Below are positions 1-12,570 of a stretch of DNA of 64,000 nucleotides, in pieces (positions within the stretch are counted from its first letter, which is position 1; every line of letters begins with the position of its first letter). The stretch comes from Vicugna vicugna (lineage: Eukaryota), in the NCBI GenBank assembly GCA_013265495.1, contig MU058456.1, positions 62,001 to 126,000 of the forward strand, written 5' to 3'. The notes beneath the pieces are model-generated. The model ran no database searches. It was given only the letters and a program-made list of their open reading frames with translations, and had not been told where the DNA came from. Made by a program: the position numbers and the translations under genes.

Positions 1-208
1 CGTGATATGTTAAGGGTGAAAATTGATGATACAGGGTAAGGGAATGGAGAGTTGATGGGTTGGGGTGGTATCTCCTAGATAGGTTGATTTTTTTTTTTTA
101 AATGTTTTTTATGATTCATGTCAAATGTAATATGTGTTCAAATTGACTGTTCATTGACTTGCTTCTAGTTCAAGATGGAAAATTGTATATTATTTCTTTC
201 CTCAATAG

Positions 209-281
209 GTTCACTGAAGAATGTAACAACTCTTAAAATAGATGAAAATCAGTTAATGTATCTACCAGATTCTATAGGAGG
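209..281 (+). CDS. ERBIN: ERBIN coding exon, 73 nt, LRR (GSLKNVTTLKIDENQLMYLPDSIGG)
   Basis: caatag|GT...GGAGG|gtaag; phase 1 to 2; LRR consensus. Confidence 0.96.
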
Positions 282-603
282 GTAAGATTTTTGTGAATTA
301 ATAGAACTAAAAGATTTTGCTTTTAGTTCATCATGCCATGTTTTGTTTTTTGTTTTTTGTTTTTCAGATAATTGCATAAATAGCATGTGAAGGAAATTCC
401 AAAAACATTTAAATAAGCAATTGGTTGCAGGTTGGGTTTATTTATAGTAAAAGTAGGCCAATTTTTATTGGTGAAACTTAGCTTAGTGGAAATAGATTTT
501 TTTCTAGGTTTGTTAAAAGTCAGATTCAAATGTTTGTATGTTCTTAAGTTTTGCATTATATACAGGAAATCTTTTTTTAACTGTGTTTTCTTTTTAATTA
601 AAG

Positions 604-733
604 GTTAATATCAATAGAAGAACTGGATTGTAGCTTCAATGAAGTTGAAGCTTTGCCTTCATCTATTGGGCAGCTTACTAATATAAGAACCTTTGCTGCA
701 GATCATAATTACTTACAACAGTTACCCCCAGAG
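604..733 (+). CDS. ERBIN: ERBIN coding exon, 130 nt, LRR (LISIEELDCSFNEVEALPSSIGQLTNIRTFAADHNYLQQLPPE)
   Basis: aag|G...GAG|gtacag; phase 2 to 0; overlaps ORF 653..835. Confidence 0.97.
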
Positions 734-1051
734 GTACAGTTTTTTAAATTTGTTTTGAATTTTTATTTTTTCCAATTATTTATGATAGCTATCCAGTGTA
801 GTTTTCTTCATTTTCTTTCAGAAATAATTATGTAACTAAGTTATTTAACTTTTGAATAATTAACTATGTTTATTTGCAAGAGATACTTAAATACTTTTCT
901 TCATACATGAAAGTTAATAATTGAAAAGGGAAAATATAATTCTGTTTATAAATGAGGAGAGTTTTTTTTTTATAGCTTTTGAAAATGATACTTACTGTCT
1001 GTTAGGCAGTAGGCCAAAGTTTCAGTTCCCAATTTTATGTTTTTCTTTCAG

Positions 1052-1167
1052 ATTGGAAGCTGGAAAAATATAACTGTGCTGTTTCTCCATTCCAATAAAC
1101 TTGAGACACTTCCAGAGGAAATGGGTGATATGCAAAAATTAAAAGTCATTAACTTGAGTGACAACAG
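1052..1167 (+). CDS. ERBIN: ERBIN coding exon, 116 nt, LRR ([39 protein letters not shown])
   Basis: tttcag|ATT...AG|gtttgt; phase 0 to 2. Confidence 0.97.
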
Positions 1168-2607
1168 GTTTGTAACAATGTAACTCATCAGTTGGTTTAT
1201 AGAAGATACCTGTTAGATGAAATTAAGTTTCATTTTATGTGATAGAAAATACAATACACGTTTTCTCTTTTCATATAAATGTTTGTTTTCTGGGTAGAAT
1301 TTTCCTTTAAGAAGATGATTTGATTTTATCTGAAGTTAATTATTATACTGGGATTATTTGCCACAGTTCGCTGTGTGTTGACTTTAGCCATACAGTCTTT
1401 GTTCTCTCCTTACAGTAGCCATCTTTATTCCTGAAGTCAGATCTTCACTCAGTAATCCTGTTGAATAGAACAACTTTTAATCTAATCTACTCCTTGTATT
1501 AATCAGGGCAGAGGTGTGATTAGACAGACACCCACTCAAATAACCTGGACAGCACATCCAAGGTGCAGAGCGAATAGATCAGTAAGGATGCTAAATTGAA
1601 ACAGTGTTTAAGAAGAGATCGTCCATAATTTTTCCTGATGTAAAAATACTAATAATGATAAAAGAGCATTTATAGAGCTTTTTTATATTTTGCTTTAATA
1701 GTATCTTATGAAGTACTCGAAATAGCCCGATGAAATAATGAAATGGGTATTAGCATTTTATGGAGTTGAATGTTAAGACTCAAATTTAAGATGATTCACA
1801 CAGCCTGTAAGGTAGAACTTTAAACTCAGTTTTCTGATTAGTTAGGATATTCAGACTTTTATTTAAGAAGAATCACTGCCTGCCTTTTAAAAATTAAATC
1901 CCTGTTTCAGCCCGTCTTTTGTACCCCGAAACTAAGGCCTAAATTCTAGCACTCTAGGTTTATGGAGACCTAGACTCCCTAGGTTCCTTGAAAGTCAGGC
2001 ATAGAAGAGTAGATAGACATAAGATAGAGGGTGTAAGTAGATGTTCTGTTTTAAGTTGGATGCTATTCTAATTCAGTGTTCTACTATGTATTCCTGTTTG
2101 TTTTTATTCATTTTGGTATTAAAATAGTCTTCTTGAGTATGAACGTACTGACTCACGATGAAATAAAGAGGATGCAGTATTTATAACAAATTCTTACTAA
2201 GAGTGCTTCCTGTAACAGTTTGTTCTCTTTAAATGCAACTAAAATATCCAAAGCAACTTTATGAGACATTGCTTAATTTGTTCTTTCCTTTGCATTGAGG
2301 TAGGGATAGTTAACAATTTTATTGAGCAGATAATTTTTTTGAAGATACTAGATTTTCCATTTTACCCCCTAACCAAGTTGATTCAATTAAAGAATTATAT
2401 ATTTAAAATTAATTCCTATGAAACTGGGTAGTAGTTTGTCTTATGTCCTGTTCAGACACCTATATTGTGTTTTCTTCTGAATTAACTATTTTTTTTCCTA
2501 TTTTCATATGCAGTAATACAACATTGTTTAGAAAACCATCAGATTTAGCTCTCATTTTAACATTTCTCATCTTAAAGTTTAATTTTTGTTTGTATTTTTT
2601 CCCACAG

Positions 2608-2677
2608 ATTAAAGAATTTGCCCTTTAGCTTTACAAAGCTACAGCAATTGACTGCTATGTGGCTCTCCGATAATCAG
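2608..2677 (+). CDS. ERBIN: ERBIN coding exon, 70 nt ([23 protein letters not shown]), last LRR / LAPSDa
   Basis: cccacag|A...CAG|gtaggc; phase 2 to 0; WLSDNQ motif typical of LAP proteins. Confidence 0.97.
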
Positions 2678-3099
2678 GTAGGCATTCTGATTTTGTACAT
2701 TAACAAAATTCCAGTTGTGCTGTATGATTATGCATACTGATTTACATAGGATTATTTAAGAGTGATTCTACTATGGTACACGTGTAAAAATGTATTATAT
2801 ATATAAGGAAAATATTGGAAGTATTTAGACAGATAGTTTTTGTGAAATATGTGTAGATTCATGAACAGTAAGTCTTATTGAGCTTGTCTAGTTTCTCTTC
2901 AGTCTGTGAAAAGATAGATTAGGAAATCAGACAAAATGCTCCATAACTTTTTAAAGTTTTTATGGAGATCCGATCCTCTGTGGCATGTGTCTATAGAAAG
3001 TTGATAATTAATTTAAATTATGCTTCTAATCAAGAACTTTCACAAACCTTAAAGAGTCTTTGTTTCTAAGGAATTAAGAGCTGTTCCTTGGACTTTTCC

Positions 3100-4740
3100 T
3101 TGTTTGACAAACATTTATCGAAAGCTTAGAGAAGGCCGTGAACTGCTCTGGGAGCTGGTTTTATATTGATGAAGCAAATAGGATCTTTCATTCTCATTGA
3201 GTTTATATCCTCATGGGAGACAAAGACAAATAAGTAACTGTGTAATAATGTTTCAGAGCTACAGAGAAAAATAAAGCTTGATAGGCATTGCAAGAGTAGC
3301 AGGGTTGTGGTAAATATCATATTTTAAATAGAGTGATTTAGGAAGTCTCTGAAGAAGAAAGAGTAGAGCAGATTCTCAAATGAAATTAAGACTGAGGCAT
3401 ACGGTGAATTCGGAGAGGGAGGGCATTTAAAGAATACTAAGGGGGAGGGTACAGCTCAGTGGTAGAGTGGGTGCTCAGCATGCATGAGGTCCTGGGTTCA
3501 ATCCCCAGTACCTCCATTAAAAATAAATAATAAATAAATAAGCCTAGTTACACCCCCCACAAAAAAAATAAACTGCAAAAAATAGTTTGTTTATAGGTGA
3601 AAAGGAGTTCTAGGCTTATACAATAAAACAGATTGAAAAAAAGAAAAATACTAAGAGTAAAAGCCTTAATATTGGAATGAGCTTTGTGTAGCTGAGGCAG
3701 AGAGCAAAGCCCAGAGGGCTGGAATATCGTGAGCAAGGGAGAGAATGGTATACGTTTAAATCAGAGAGGAAGACAAACTAGAAGACATAGGACCCTGCAG
3801 GCTGCGCTGTCACTTGGGGCTTTACTGAGTTAGGTGAAAATCTGCTAGAGTATTTCCTGCCAGGAAATGACAAGATGTGGTTTACATTTGTAAAAGATCA
3901 TCCTGGCTGTTACGTGAGGAATGAGCTGTGAGTGCTGGGAGTGAGGGTGGAATGCTCTCTACTGGAAGCAAAAAGTTCAGTAAGGAGGTGGTTGCAGTTA
4001 GTTTCGAAGGAAATGTTCCCAGCTTCTCTTGATACGGTAATAGTGGAGTTGGTGAGAAGAGCTCAGATTTTGGGGTGCATCTTTAAAATATTGCCAGAGG
4101 GACTTACTGAGGGACTCAATGTGGAACTTGAGAGAAAGAACAGAAGCAAGTATGATTTAAATTTTTAATCTGAAGAAGTACAGTATTGAAGTTGCTGTTT
4201 TCTGAGATAAGAGAAATGGGAGAGGAGTAAGTTTGAGGATGAAGTTAATAGTTTGGTTTAAAATTTTAGTAACCTTATCAGATATTAAAGTAGAAATGTC
4301 AAAACAGTAGCTGAGTATTTATGTTTGGAACTCAGGTAACTCAGGAGATAAAATTTGGGAGTTAATATTGTACAAAGAGACTTTACAACATGGGAGTGCA
4401 TGAAATTACTAGGGAGCAAGAGAAAAGTAAAGAACGTCAAACATTGAACTCAGGGATGAAAGGGAACCCGAAAGGAGGTTGAGAAACACCAGCCAACGAG
4501 GAGGGTGTATTATCCAGAGAGCCATCTGAAGGAGGTGCTGAAGGAAAGACTAGCTGTGTCAGACGTTGCTGGTGGGTCAGGTGGATGAGGACTGCTAACT
4601 GGTCATTGGGCTTGTCAAGATAGAGATAATTACTGATGTGGAGGAGGAGGGGTTGTAGTGGAATGCTGGTGATGGAAGCCTGGTATACGTGTATGACAGC
4701 GCCTGGGAAGGATAAAGGTCAGGATGATGAGTATATACTC
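3100..4740 (-). mobile_element. Old L2 LINE fragment, interrupted by a SINE
   Basis: Starts with a degenerate reverse-complemented L2 3' end (ttgacaaacatttatcgaa), followed by purine-rich L2-like body; boundaries approximate. Confidence 0.65.
3442..3646 (+). mobile_element. tRNA-derived SINE, Vic-1-like (camelid), with extended 3' tail
   Basis: Head GGGGAGGGTACAGCTCAGTGGTAGAG (A box), GGTTCAATCCC (B box), (AAAT)n linker, C-rich box; flanking repeat AATACTAAG at 3433-3441 and 3647-3655. Confidence 0.9.
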
Positions 4741-6104
4741 TAGCTAAGTTTCATTTGGACACTTCATAGATAATGTATTTCTGTATTTGCCTTGGTGTTT
4801 GAATTAAAAGTTAGTGTCTCATAGTTGTAAATAGTAGCTATAGTTAACTGGTTAAAAAAAATCTGCAAATGTGTACTTTGGGTATGATTTGAAATGGCCA
4901 ATTCTTAGTCTTAGGATTCACAGTGTAGGCTGTTGTAAACCTACTTTAATGGATACAAAATCTCCTGTATAATGTCACCTAAATAATGGATTCTAGGTCC
5001 TAAACAAAAAGAAAAGAAAAAACTAAGGGTGACCTTATTATCTGTAATTATGAGGAAACCTTTCTCCATATCTATTCTCAGTATTTCTTACTAGTAAATT
5101 TTTTTTAAACACAGCAGATCTTTTAAATAAATTAATGCTTAGTATTTGACTTATAAATTATCTTATAATTTATCTAAAGCTATATTTTTCAAGATGCACT
5201 TGTCTCATGTGATAGTCCTAAGTTCCACAGTCAGATTTGCTTGGGAGACAGGATTGTATCCCTTTCTTGGATTTTATTAACAACTCTGATATGTTACTAC
5301 AGTAAAGAAACCCTCTTGTATGTGTTTCAGGATTTTCTGAACTTAACTGAGAGCCCCTTTCCACCTAACTCTTAATAATGTCTTAAAAGCCTTAAGTTGA
5401 TATTGATCCACACTTATAAATCAGACTGTAGTATTTACTTGTTCTGTGAATTAGGGAAGGAAATATTAAAATGATACTTTTGCTTTTATTAGAGCTTGAA
5501 CACAAGTGATTACTGCATATGTGTCAATTCATATATGTGGAACTCTTAACTATCTCATCTCTCTTAATTGAGTATTTACTTTTGAAACTGGATTTGAAAT
5601 TTAGCAGCTGGATTCACAAAACATTTGCTTGGCCCTGGCTTATGCCAAGTACTTAAAACAGTATGAATGAGATATATCTCCTGAGCTGTGGATAAATTAT
5701 TGTGGATAAATGTGGATTAAAAATGACTTATTTTAGTGAAATTTTTTAGTATCTTTACAGCTTCTTCTATTTGCAGTGTTTTGCCACCTGTCTTTAAAGC
5801 AAAAATTGTAGTAATGGGACACTGTTTTCCTTGGTTTGACAAAATAGTAATGTAGAAAGTACTAAAACAAATACAGTGTAGCTATAAAACCTCCCTTACA
5901 GTATGAAGTAGTCATTTCACTATAAAAGAACAAAATGTAGGAGAGAAAGTATGTGAAAATAGTTGAATTATGAATTATGAAAATAAATTGTTCCTGCACA
6001 TTTCACTGATGGTGTAGGGAATATATCTATAGGCAATACATACAAAGACATAATTTTTCATAAGTCCCTCTGAAGGCTTAAAGAGAATAACTGACTGTTC
6101 ATTC

Positions 6105-6590
6105 CCTCATTCATTTTGTCATTGTTAGTCAAGAACTATTTATTGAACAACTACTTTGTGCCAGGCAGGCTAAGGAGGGCCAAATACAGATATTAAGAAA
6201 GTTGTTTTAATACAGTATGGTTAAAAACTTGCTAGGACTGTAGGCTTCAGGATCAAAGAAAAGATACATAACTTGAGGATAGTAAGGCAAGTTTCCCAGA
6301 GGAGGAGGTGCCTGCAGTGCCTAAGAGAGTAATAAAATCTTCTCAAGGCAGTCATAGGATTTAAACAAAGAAAGGGGAAGAGTATTCTGGTTAGAAGGAG
6401 TATCATGAGCCTAAGCACTGAAGCAGTGTAGTATATTTGGTAACTCTACGAGTGGTTTTGTGACTAGAGCGTAACCTGTGAGATGAAAGAGTAGGAAATG
6501 AGGCCAAAGAGGTGGACAGGGACCAGGGCATGGGGAATCTTGTGTGCCGTGCAAGGGAGTTTGCATTATGCTTCGAAATTGTAAACATTT
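6105..6590 (-). mobile_element. L2 3' fragment
   Basis: cattcatt...tatttattgaacaactactttgtgccaggc is the hallmark L2 3' end on the minus strand. Confidence 0.65.
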
Positions 6591-8497
6591 TTTTTTCATC
6601 TTGTATGTCAGCTTTGATAAATTACTATTTTTTAGAAGTATTCTAACCTATATTCAAGCTCAGTGGAAAATTGTTGTGATTGGGGTGACTGTAATTTCTT
6701 GTCCATACTATCCCTCTTCTCATATACTGTTAAGTTCTACAAAATCAGTGAAGGTGGTTAGCTCACCACTCTACACCTAGTTCCTGTCATAGTGCTTTTG
6801 GCATATAGGAGACACTTAGTAAATACTTGTTGAATGAATGATTTTAGATTTCAGAGGAAGAATATTTAACAGGTTATATTGTAGGAATTATGGCAAGGAA
6901 GTAGAATGAGTATCTAAAATGAAATAGTAATAAAGATCATTGGAGTGAAGTATTAAGGGAATGGAGTGGCTCGTGAAATAGCTCTCAGTCGCTTTCTGCC
7001 TTGCACTCTAACAGATGATTTGTATTCTTATAACACCTTTATTGAAATACAAATCACATGCTGTATACACTTCACTCACTTTAAAGCACACAATTTGGTG
7101 GTTTTTAATATATTCAAGAGTTGTGCAACCATTACCACAGTTAATTTTAGAATCTTTTTGGGGGGGGTTAGTTTTTAAAAGACTCCCAGATAATTTTGAT
7201 TTGTCCATCTAAGTGAACTTCTTTCTTCCTCCCATACACTCCTCATCTGTTAAGAAATTCCTGGGATAAAAGTATAGCTATGTCATCTACATTTTGTATC
7301 TGTTGAATTACCCCTGACTGTGGGAAGACTTGGCATAAAAGAGTCAAAAATTGTTGGGTGCTACCAGGAGGTCAGTGGATTTTAGGGAAGGAGATAGAAT
7401 GATAGGGGCAGGGCTTAATCTTCCTCAAAAGAAGAGGTATTTGTACTTGAGAGAGGAGTGATGATCTCATAGCATTTGTAAACAGTAACTCTGCCTCCTG
7501 ACTTAAGGTTTATAAGGTGTGAGAGAAGAAGCATCCTGGATCTGGGAAGGCTTCAGGGAAGTGCTGTCTTTGGGAAAGGGGTAGATCTACTGTTTCCGTC
7601 GTCTAAGAAGGTCAAGGAAAGTTTTCAGTGAAGGTGTTTGAGATGCAGTGCAGTATCTTTTCTGTGGAACAAGAACAGGGGCACTGAGGAAATGTTTGAA
7701 TGAGAGTAAGGTTATAGGATGGCATTAGCTAGCTATATGGTTTTCACAAGAGTAAGTCCAAAGAACTAACTGATAGGGTGACGAGTGAGAAGGTTGGGTA
7801 GTTCTTGCCTGTCTGGAGTCAGCCAAGGCTTGGATTGGTATGATGTTAGGTCAGTAGGCTGGCAAAAATACAAGTTAAAGTAAGAAATAAATTGAGAACA
7901 CTTAATAACCAGTTAGGAAAAAAGTCTTAAGGAAGAATGAGGTCTGAAATAATTGGGATTACTAATTCCACCACTGAGTAACTTGTGGAGATAGAAGACA
8001 CAGGGGAGAAGAGAGAAGGTTACAACTTAATGTTTGCTTTAAGTACTCTCTTTCCAGCTAAAATAAACCTGCAGATAAGACTAAACCTTCTCAATCATTT
8101 CTGCAAAAGTGTCTTCCCAAAGGGGAATACTAGAAGGGGCACAGTAATATAAAATGGAAAGGCTTAGTTTATAGCATTATTAAATCACTGTAAGTAATTA
8201 ACTGGACTGTGGATATACTTAGTACATGAGAACTTTTAAAACTATGTTGATAATCGTTGATAATCGTTGATAATTACAATATGGTGTGAGTTTGGTTTGT
8301 ATTAAAATTTAAGTTTTTAGATGTTTTTAAGGTTTTAAATCAGTGTTTAAAGTTTTATTATGTATATTAAAAATATTTTTGTAGTCTACACATGGATACT
8401 TTATAGAAAAAATGGTGAGTACTTAACTCAGGGGAATTGTTGGATATGTATTTGCTTTAGGATTATTGAAAATTAAACATTTATTTTCTTTCCGTAG

Positions 8498-8597
8498 TCC
8501 AAACCCCTGATACCTCTTCAAAAAGAGACTGATTCAGAGACCCAAAAAATGGTGCTTACTAACTACATGTTCCCTCAGCAGCCAAGGACTGAGGATG
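8498..8597 (+). CDS. ERBIN: ERBIN coding exon, 100 nt ([33 protein letters not shown]), LAP-specific domain
   Basis: ccgtag|TCC...G|gtagga; phase 0 to 1; LTNYMFPQQ motif. Confidence 0.97.
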
Positions 8598-8785
8598 GTA
8601 GGAATTTAAGAATCTCTTTTCTTTTAAAAACCAAATACTGGCAAATCACAGCAAAGGTGTGAAGTGAATTTTAAGTCTTAAAGACTTTTTTTTTACTAGT
8701 TTGAAGAGAATTTGGAGAATTGGCTAATAAAGTTCTCTGACAATGGGAGGCAACATCCAGGGTTATAGATAGTTGAATTTACAGG

Positions 8786-8826
<41 letters not shown>
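8786..8826. repeat. (TCTG)n tetranucleotide microsatellite, about 10 units
   Basis: Direct reading. Confidence 0.95.
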
Positions 8827-10559
8827 CATGTGTTTCCTTAAATGCTTCCTTGAAATTAAACAGTGATCTTTATCTATTACAGATCTCTCTATTCTAAATC
8901 TCATTTAACTAAATGTTAGGAATGCATGTTAAGTGTTCTATAATTAAGACTATTATTAAGCCAGGAAATATTTTGTTTGCTTCTGTTGTAAACCTAATAC
9001 TGCCCTTGGATCTACACAACAGATAACAATTATCACTAGATTTCTGCCTGTAAGTGTTACTTCTAATTTCTTTGTTACCTTTTGCCAAAAGGGGGAATTT
9101 ACCCTTTACTATTGGCCACAAATACTTTTCATCATGTATGGTATGAATGCCTTTTACATTAAGGAATAAATTGTTTCTAATATTTGTTGTACTATATGTG
9201 GATGTGGGTGTGTAATATGTATTATATATTACACTTAAAGTTTATTTTTTTGTGTCTGTTTTTCTGAAACCAATGAAAGTCATTATGGCCTTAAGTTAAA
9301 ACTGAGCATATAAAAAGAAGAAAAAATTGAAATTAATCATTCATTTTAATTTTTCTAAAATACACAATATGCAGGTTAAATTATTGAGTTTCCAGTTTCT
9401 TTATCTTGAAATATGGTAATCTTTTTTATTTTTCAGAGTATTTGTTAACATGAGAAACACTGGATATAAAGAGCTTAGCACTGAGACAGAATCAAATTGC
9501 TTGTTACTATTCTTACATTGTTTTGACAGGTTTAGCTAACAGTTTTGAACTACTTAAACAGATTAAAAACTGATATTTAACTTTTGTTCGGTAACTAATG
9601 ATAAATAATTAGAAACTCATTACTTCTATGCTAATTATTTTTTGCTTTTTGCAAGAAGGAATGAGACTTGCTTTGGTAAGTTGTTATTTCCTGGATATAT
9701 TTGATGAGATTTATTTGGATGAAGCAAAACTGTTTAGCTTTAGAACTGAATTAGAAATTAAGACTTGAGAGATGTCAGATGTAAACAGAAATCGCTTCAC
9801 TCATTGGAGGGTATTTAATTAAAGCTTAGAAAACAGGTTTATAAGCAAGATTTCTCTTCTATGTATTTAAGTCTACCCTCTAATCTCCATATGTGTATCC
9901 CTAACAGAATACAGTATACTATGCTTTAGATAGTCAGTGTTTGTTTTATACAAGTACTTTCTATGTACAGTAGAAATTAGGAAGTTCAGAATAGATACAC
10001 CAACTCGGACATACGCCCCTACTCTTGCAGTGTTAGGAATTTTAGTAAATGTTAGATATGTCAGTAGGTGATCTGTTTGCTTGCTTGCTTTGGTCATTGG
10101 GATTCGTATCACAATTTTCTACTTTTCTTTGTCTCTAAAGATGATTTCTGGATAATAGGAAATAGTAAGAGTGAGCATCTTGTGAATAATATACAAAATA
10201 GGGAGTGAGTCACATTTAATAGTTTTCTGTCCCCTGTCTTAGAAAAGGGAAACTTGGGAAATTAATTCTTATACTTTATTTTGCTGCTTTTATTGTTTCA
10301 GAGAAATAATAAAAACAAAAAATACTAGGAAAAAACCAACTATAGATACCATACAAACAAAATTATTTTTTCCCTGTGATTGAACCAGTCTCCATGGGAC
10401 ATGTTTGATCTTGATGTTTTTATTATATTAATGTGTTATTAGTGCTTTGCCTCCCTGGTTTTGTTATTGTCATATAGAGACTTCAGGATTTTTTTTTTAA
10501 TACTGACTTTTAAGTAACCGAACATGTATAAAACAACTCAAAACCATTTGTAATTTTTG

Positions 10560-10854
10560 CAGGTGAATATTTGCATCAGTTTGATAATAGTGAACACTAA
10601 TGTTGAACCCCAGTTAAGCAAAATGTTATTCCAACAGTTAAGAATTTCAGTCTTTGCATTAGTACAGCTGTAGTACAAAAAATGTTACTCAATTATTAAT
10701 ATATTTTACATTTATCAAAAATCTTGTGGAGTTTTGATTTCTCATGTTATAAAGGTATCTATATAACAATATCCCCGATTTTGTCTTTTGGCTCACAAAA
10801 GCTTAACATATTTATTATCTGACCATTTACAGAAAAAACATTGCTGACCCCTGC
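10560..10854 (+). mobile_element. hAT-Charlie DNA transposon terminal fragment (Cheshire/MER58-type end)
   Basis: Ends tttacagaaaaaacattgctgacccctg, the MER58/Cheshire-type terminus. Confidence 0.6.
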
Positions 10855-11369
10855 TCTAAACTGTTCTAATCATTGGTATACATATATCTTGATCTTTTTA
10901 CGGTTTTCTGTTTTCATGATTCACATGGCCTCCTTTTTTCTATCATTTCAATTTATTCTCTTACTGTTTCTTCTTAAAAGTGATCATAGTTCAGGTAAGA
11001 AATTTATTTCTGATATGAAGAGTAGAAGTAGCAAAATAAAACCCTGCCACTTAACTTTTGACTTTGTAGATGCATTTTAGAGTCAGAAGAAAAGTCTGAG
11101 ATAAATTTATAATATTCTGAATCCTCTTAGACTTTTTTATTTTTTAAAAGTATTTCACTACGGGTATTATGGTATTATAAGGAGAGTGGTGTAACTATTA
11201 CACTGATACTGAATCAGAAACTACATTCATCATGGTCCTGGAGGTGAATTTTTCAACTGCAAGAAAAGCTTTTCCTTTATCACATGCCTCTAAGAAATAG
11301 GTGAGTCAGAAAACATAATGTTCTTGAGTTGGAATTTTGTAACACTTTGAAAGTAGACATTAGTTCACA

Positions 11370-12480
11370 TTTAATTCATTCCATTTTTATTACCACCTGT
11401 GTGCCAGGCATTGTGTTAGATCTAAGTATTTAAGATCGTAAATCCTTGCTTTCAAGAAGCTCATGATATAAAAGGGGGATAATAATGTAGAAATTTGAAA
11501 GAAGGCCTCATTACAGGAATCAGTCTTAAACAGGAAAAAGAGGAAGTATGAATCCATATGATAATAAGTTTGTAACTGCCCAAAGCAGATTTTGGGGTGT
11601 AATGTCAGTCTAAGGGTTTCATTACATTTATTTTCTTAGTGCAGTCAGAGAGAAAAATTGCCTCTAAAGGTTATGGGAAAGGTGTTTGAGGGAAACGGTA
11701 GTGATTTGAAGTGGGCAAGAAGACTGAGTAGGGATAAATAGGATTCCTGAGCAGCATTGAAGATGGAGCAGAGAGGAGGCAATAGCATTAATTCGTGGTG
11801 GTTCTAACCAACAAGGTTATGTCATTTTTCTCTGATAGAATTCCAGAGCAAAGAAGGTAGATGATTCAAGTACCACATGACAGGATTTGTGAGATAGGTA
11901 TGACTTAAGGAAAAAGGACAAGAAACGTGAGAGTGGTAAAAATGATACATCATGAAATCTAAGGTGAATAGAGAAATAAAACCTACAGTGGTTTTACAGG
12001 AAGAAAAAGAAATGAGATCAAGGAACTCAGTATTTACTAGCAGTAAAAAAGAAGTGAATGATTTGGAAGGACAAGGGTAGTGGTCAGTGAAGTGGAAAAG
12101 TATCACAGAAGCTAAGGTCTTGAGTATTACCATGGTGTGAATCACATGGGTGTAGTGCAGCTGGACAGTGGAATCGAGGGCATCGAGAACTATGAAATTG
12201 CACTGTCGAGGGGGGGTCATCACACGTGGTCATCATTCAAGATATTGCCAGGTCTTAGGTAGAGGGAAACACTCTAGGAAATAGTAAAGTCCTTAAGGAA
12301 TATGCCAGTGTGATCAGGTTGAGTGGCACCCAAAAAAAAAAAAAAAAAAGGATATTATTACCTAATGCCCTGAATGTTAAAAGCTGTGAGATTTATACTA
12401 AATGGAAGAAAGTGCAAGTGACCAAAAGTTGACAGGAGTGAGAGGCATGGTAAAAGTTACCTTGGGGTTCTGAGAAACTT
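11370..12480 (-). mobile_element. Old L2 fragments
   Basis: ttcattccatttttattaccacctgtgtgccaggcattgtg L2 end followed by degenerate purine-rich body. Confidence 0.55.
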
Positions 12481-12570
12481 CTAGTGTCAAATTTGCTTTG
12501 ACATGATCTAAAAAACTCTTAAGAGATCTCTGGGCTAGGCTGGTGATTGGGGGTCTACCCGTACACCCCA

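Noticed and set aside
3441..3515. tRNA-like heads (also at 14630, 21670, 28361, 54635, 57359, 58130) as tRNA genes
   Set aside because: They have A and B boxes but continue into SINE tails, mostly with TSDs, and are mutually diverged; they are SINEs.
8244..8275. (GTTGATAATC)x3, and similar micro-duplications at 5687-5720, 24642-24665, 42118-42153 and 49125-49158
   Set aside because: Ordinary slippage duplications with no unique spacers; not CRISPR-like and no evidence of function.
12310..12350. gagtggcaccc followed by A18 as another retro-insertion
   Set aside because: No convincing TSD found; may be a mononucleotide expansion within old L2 sequence.
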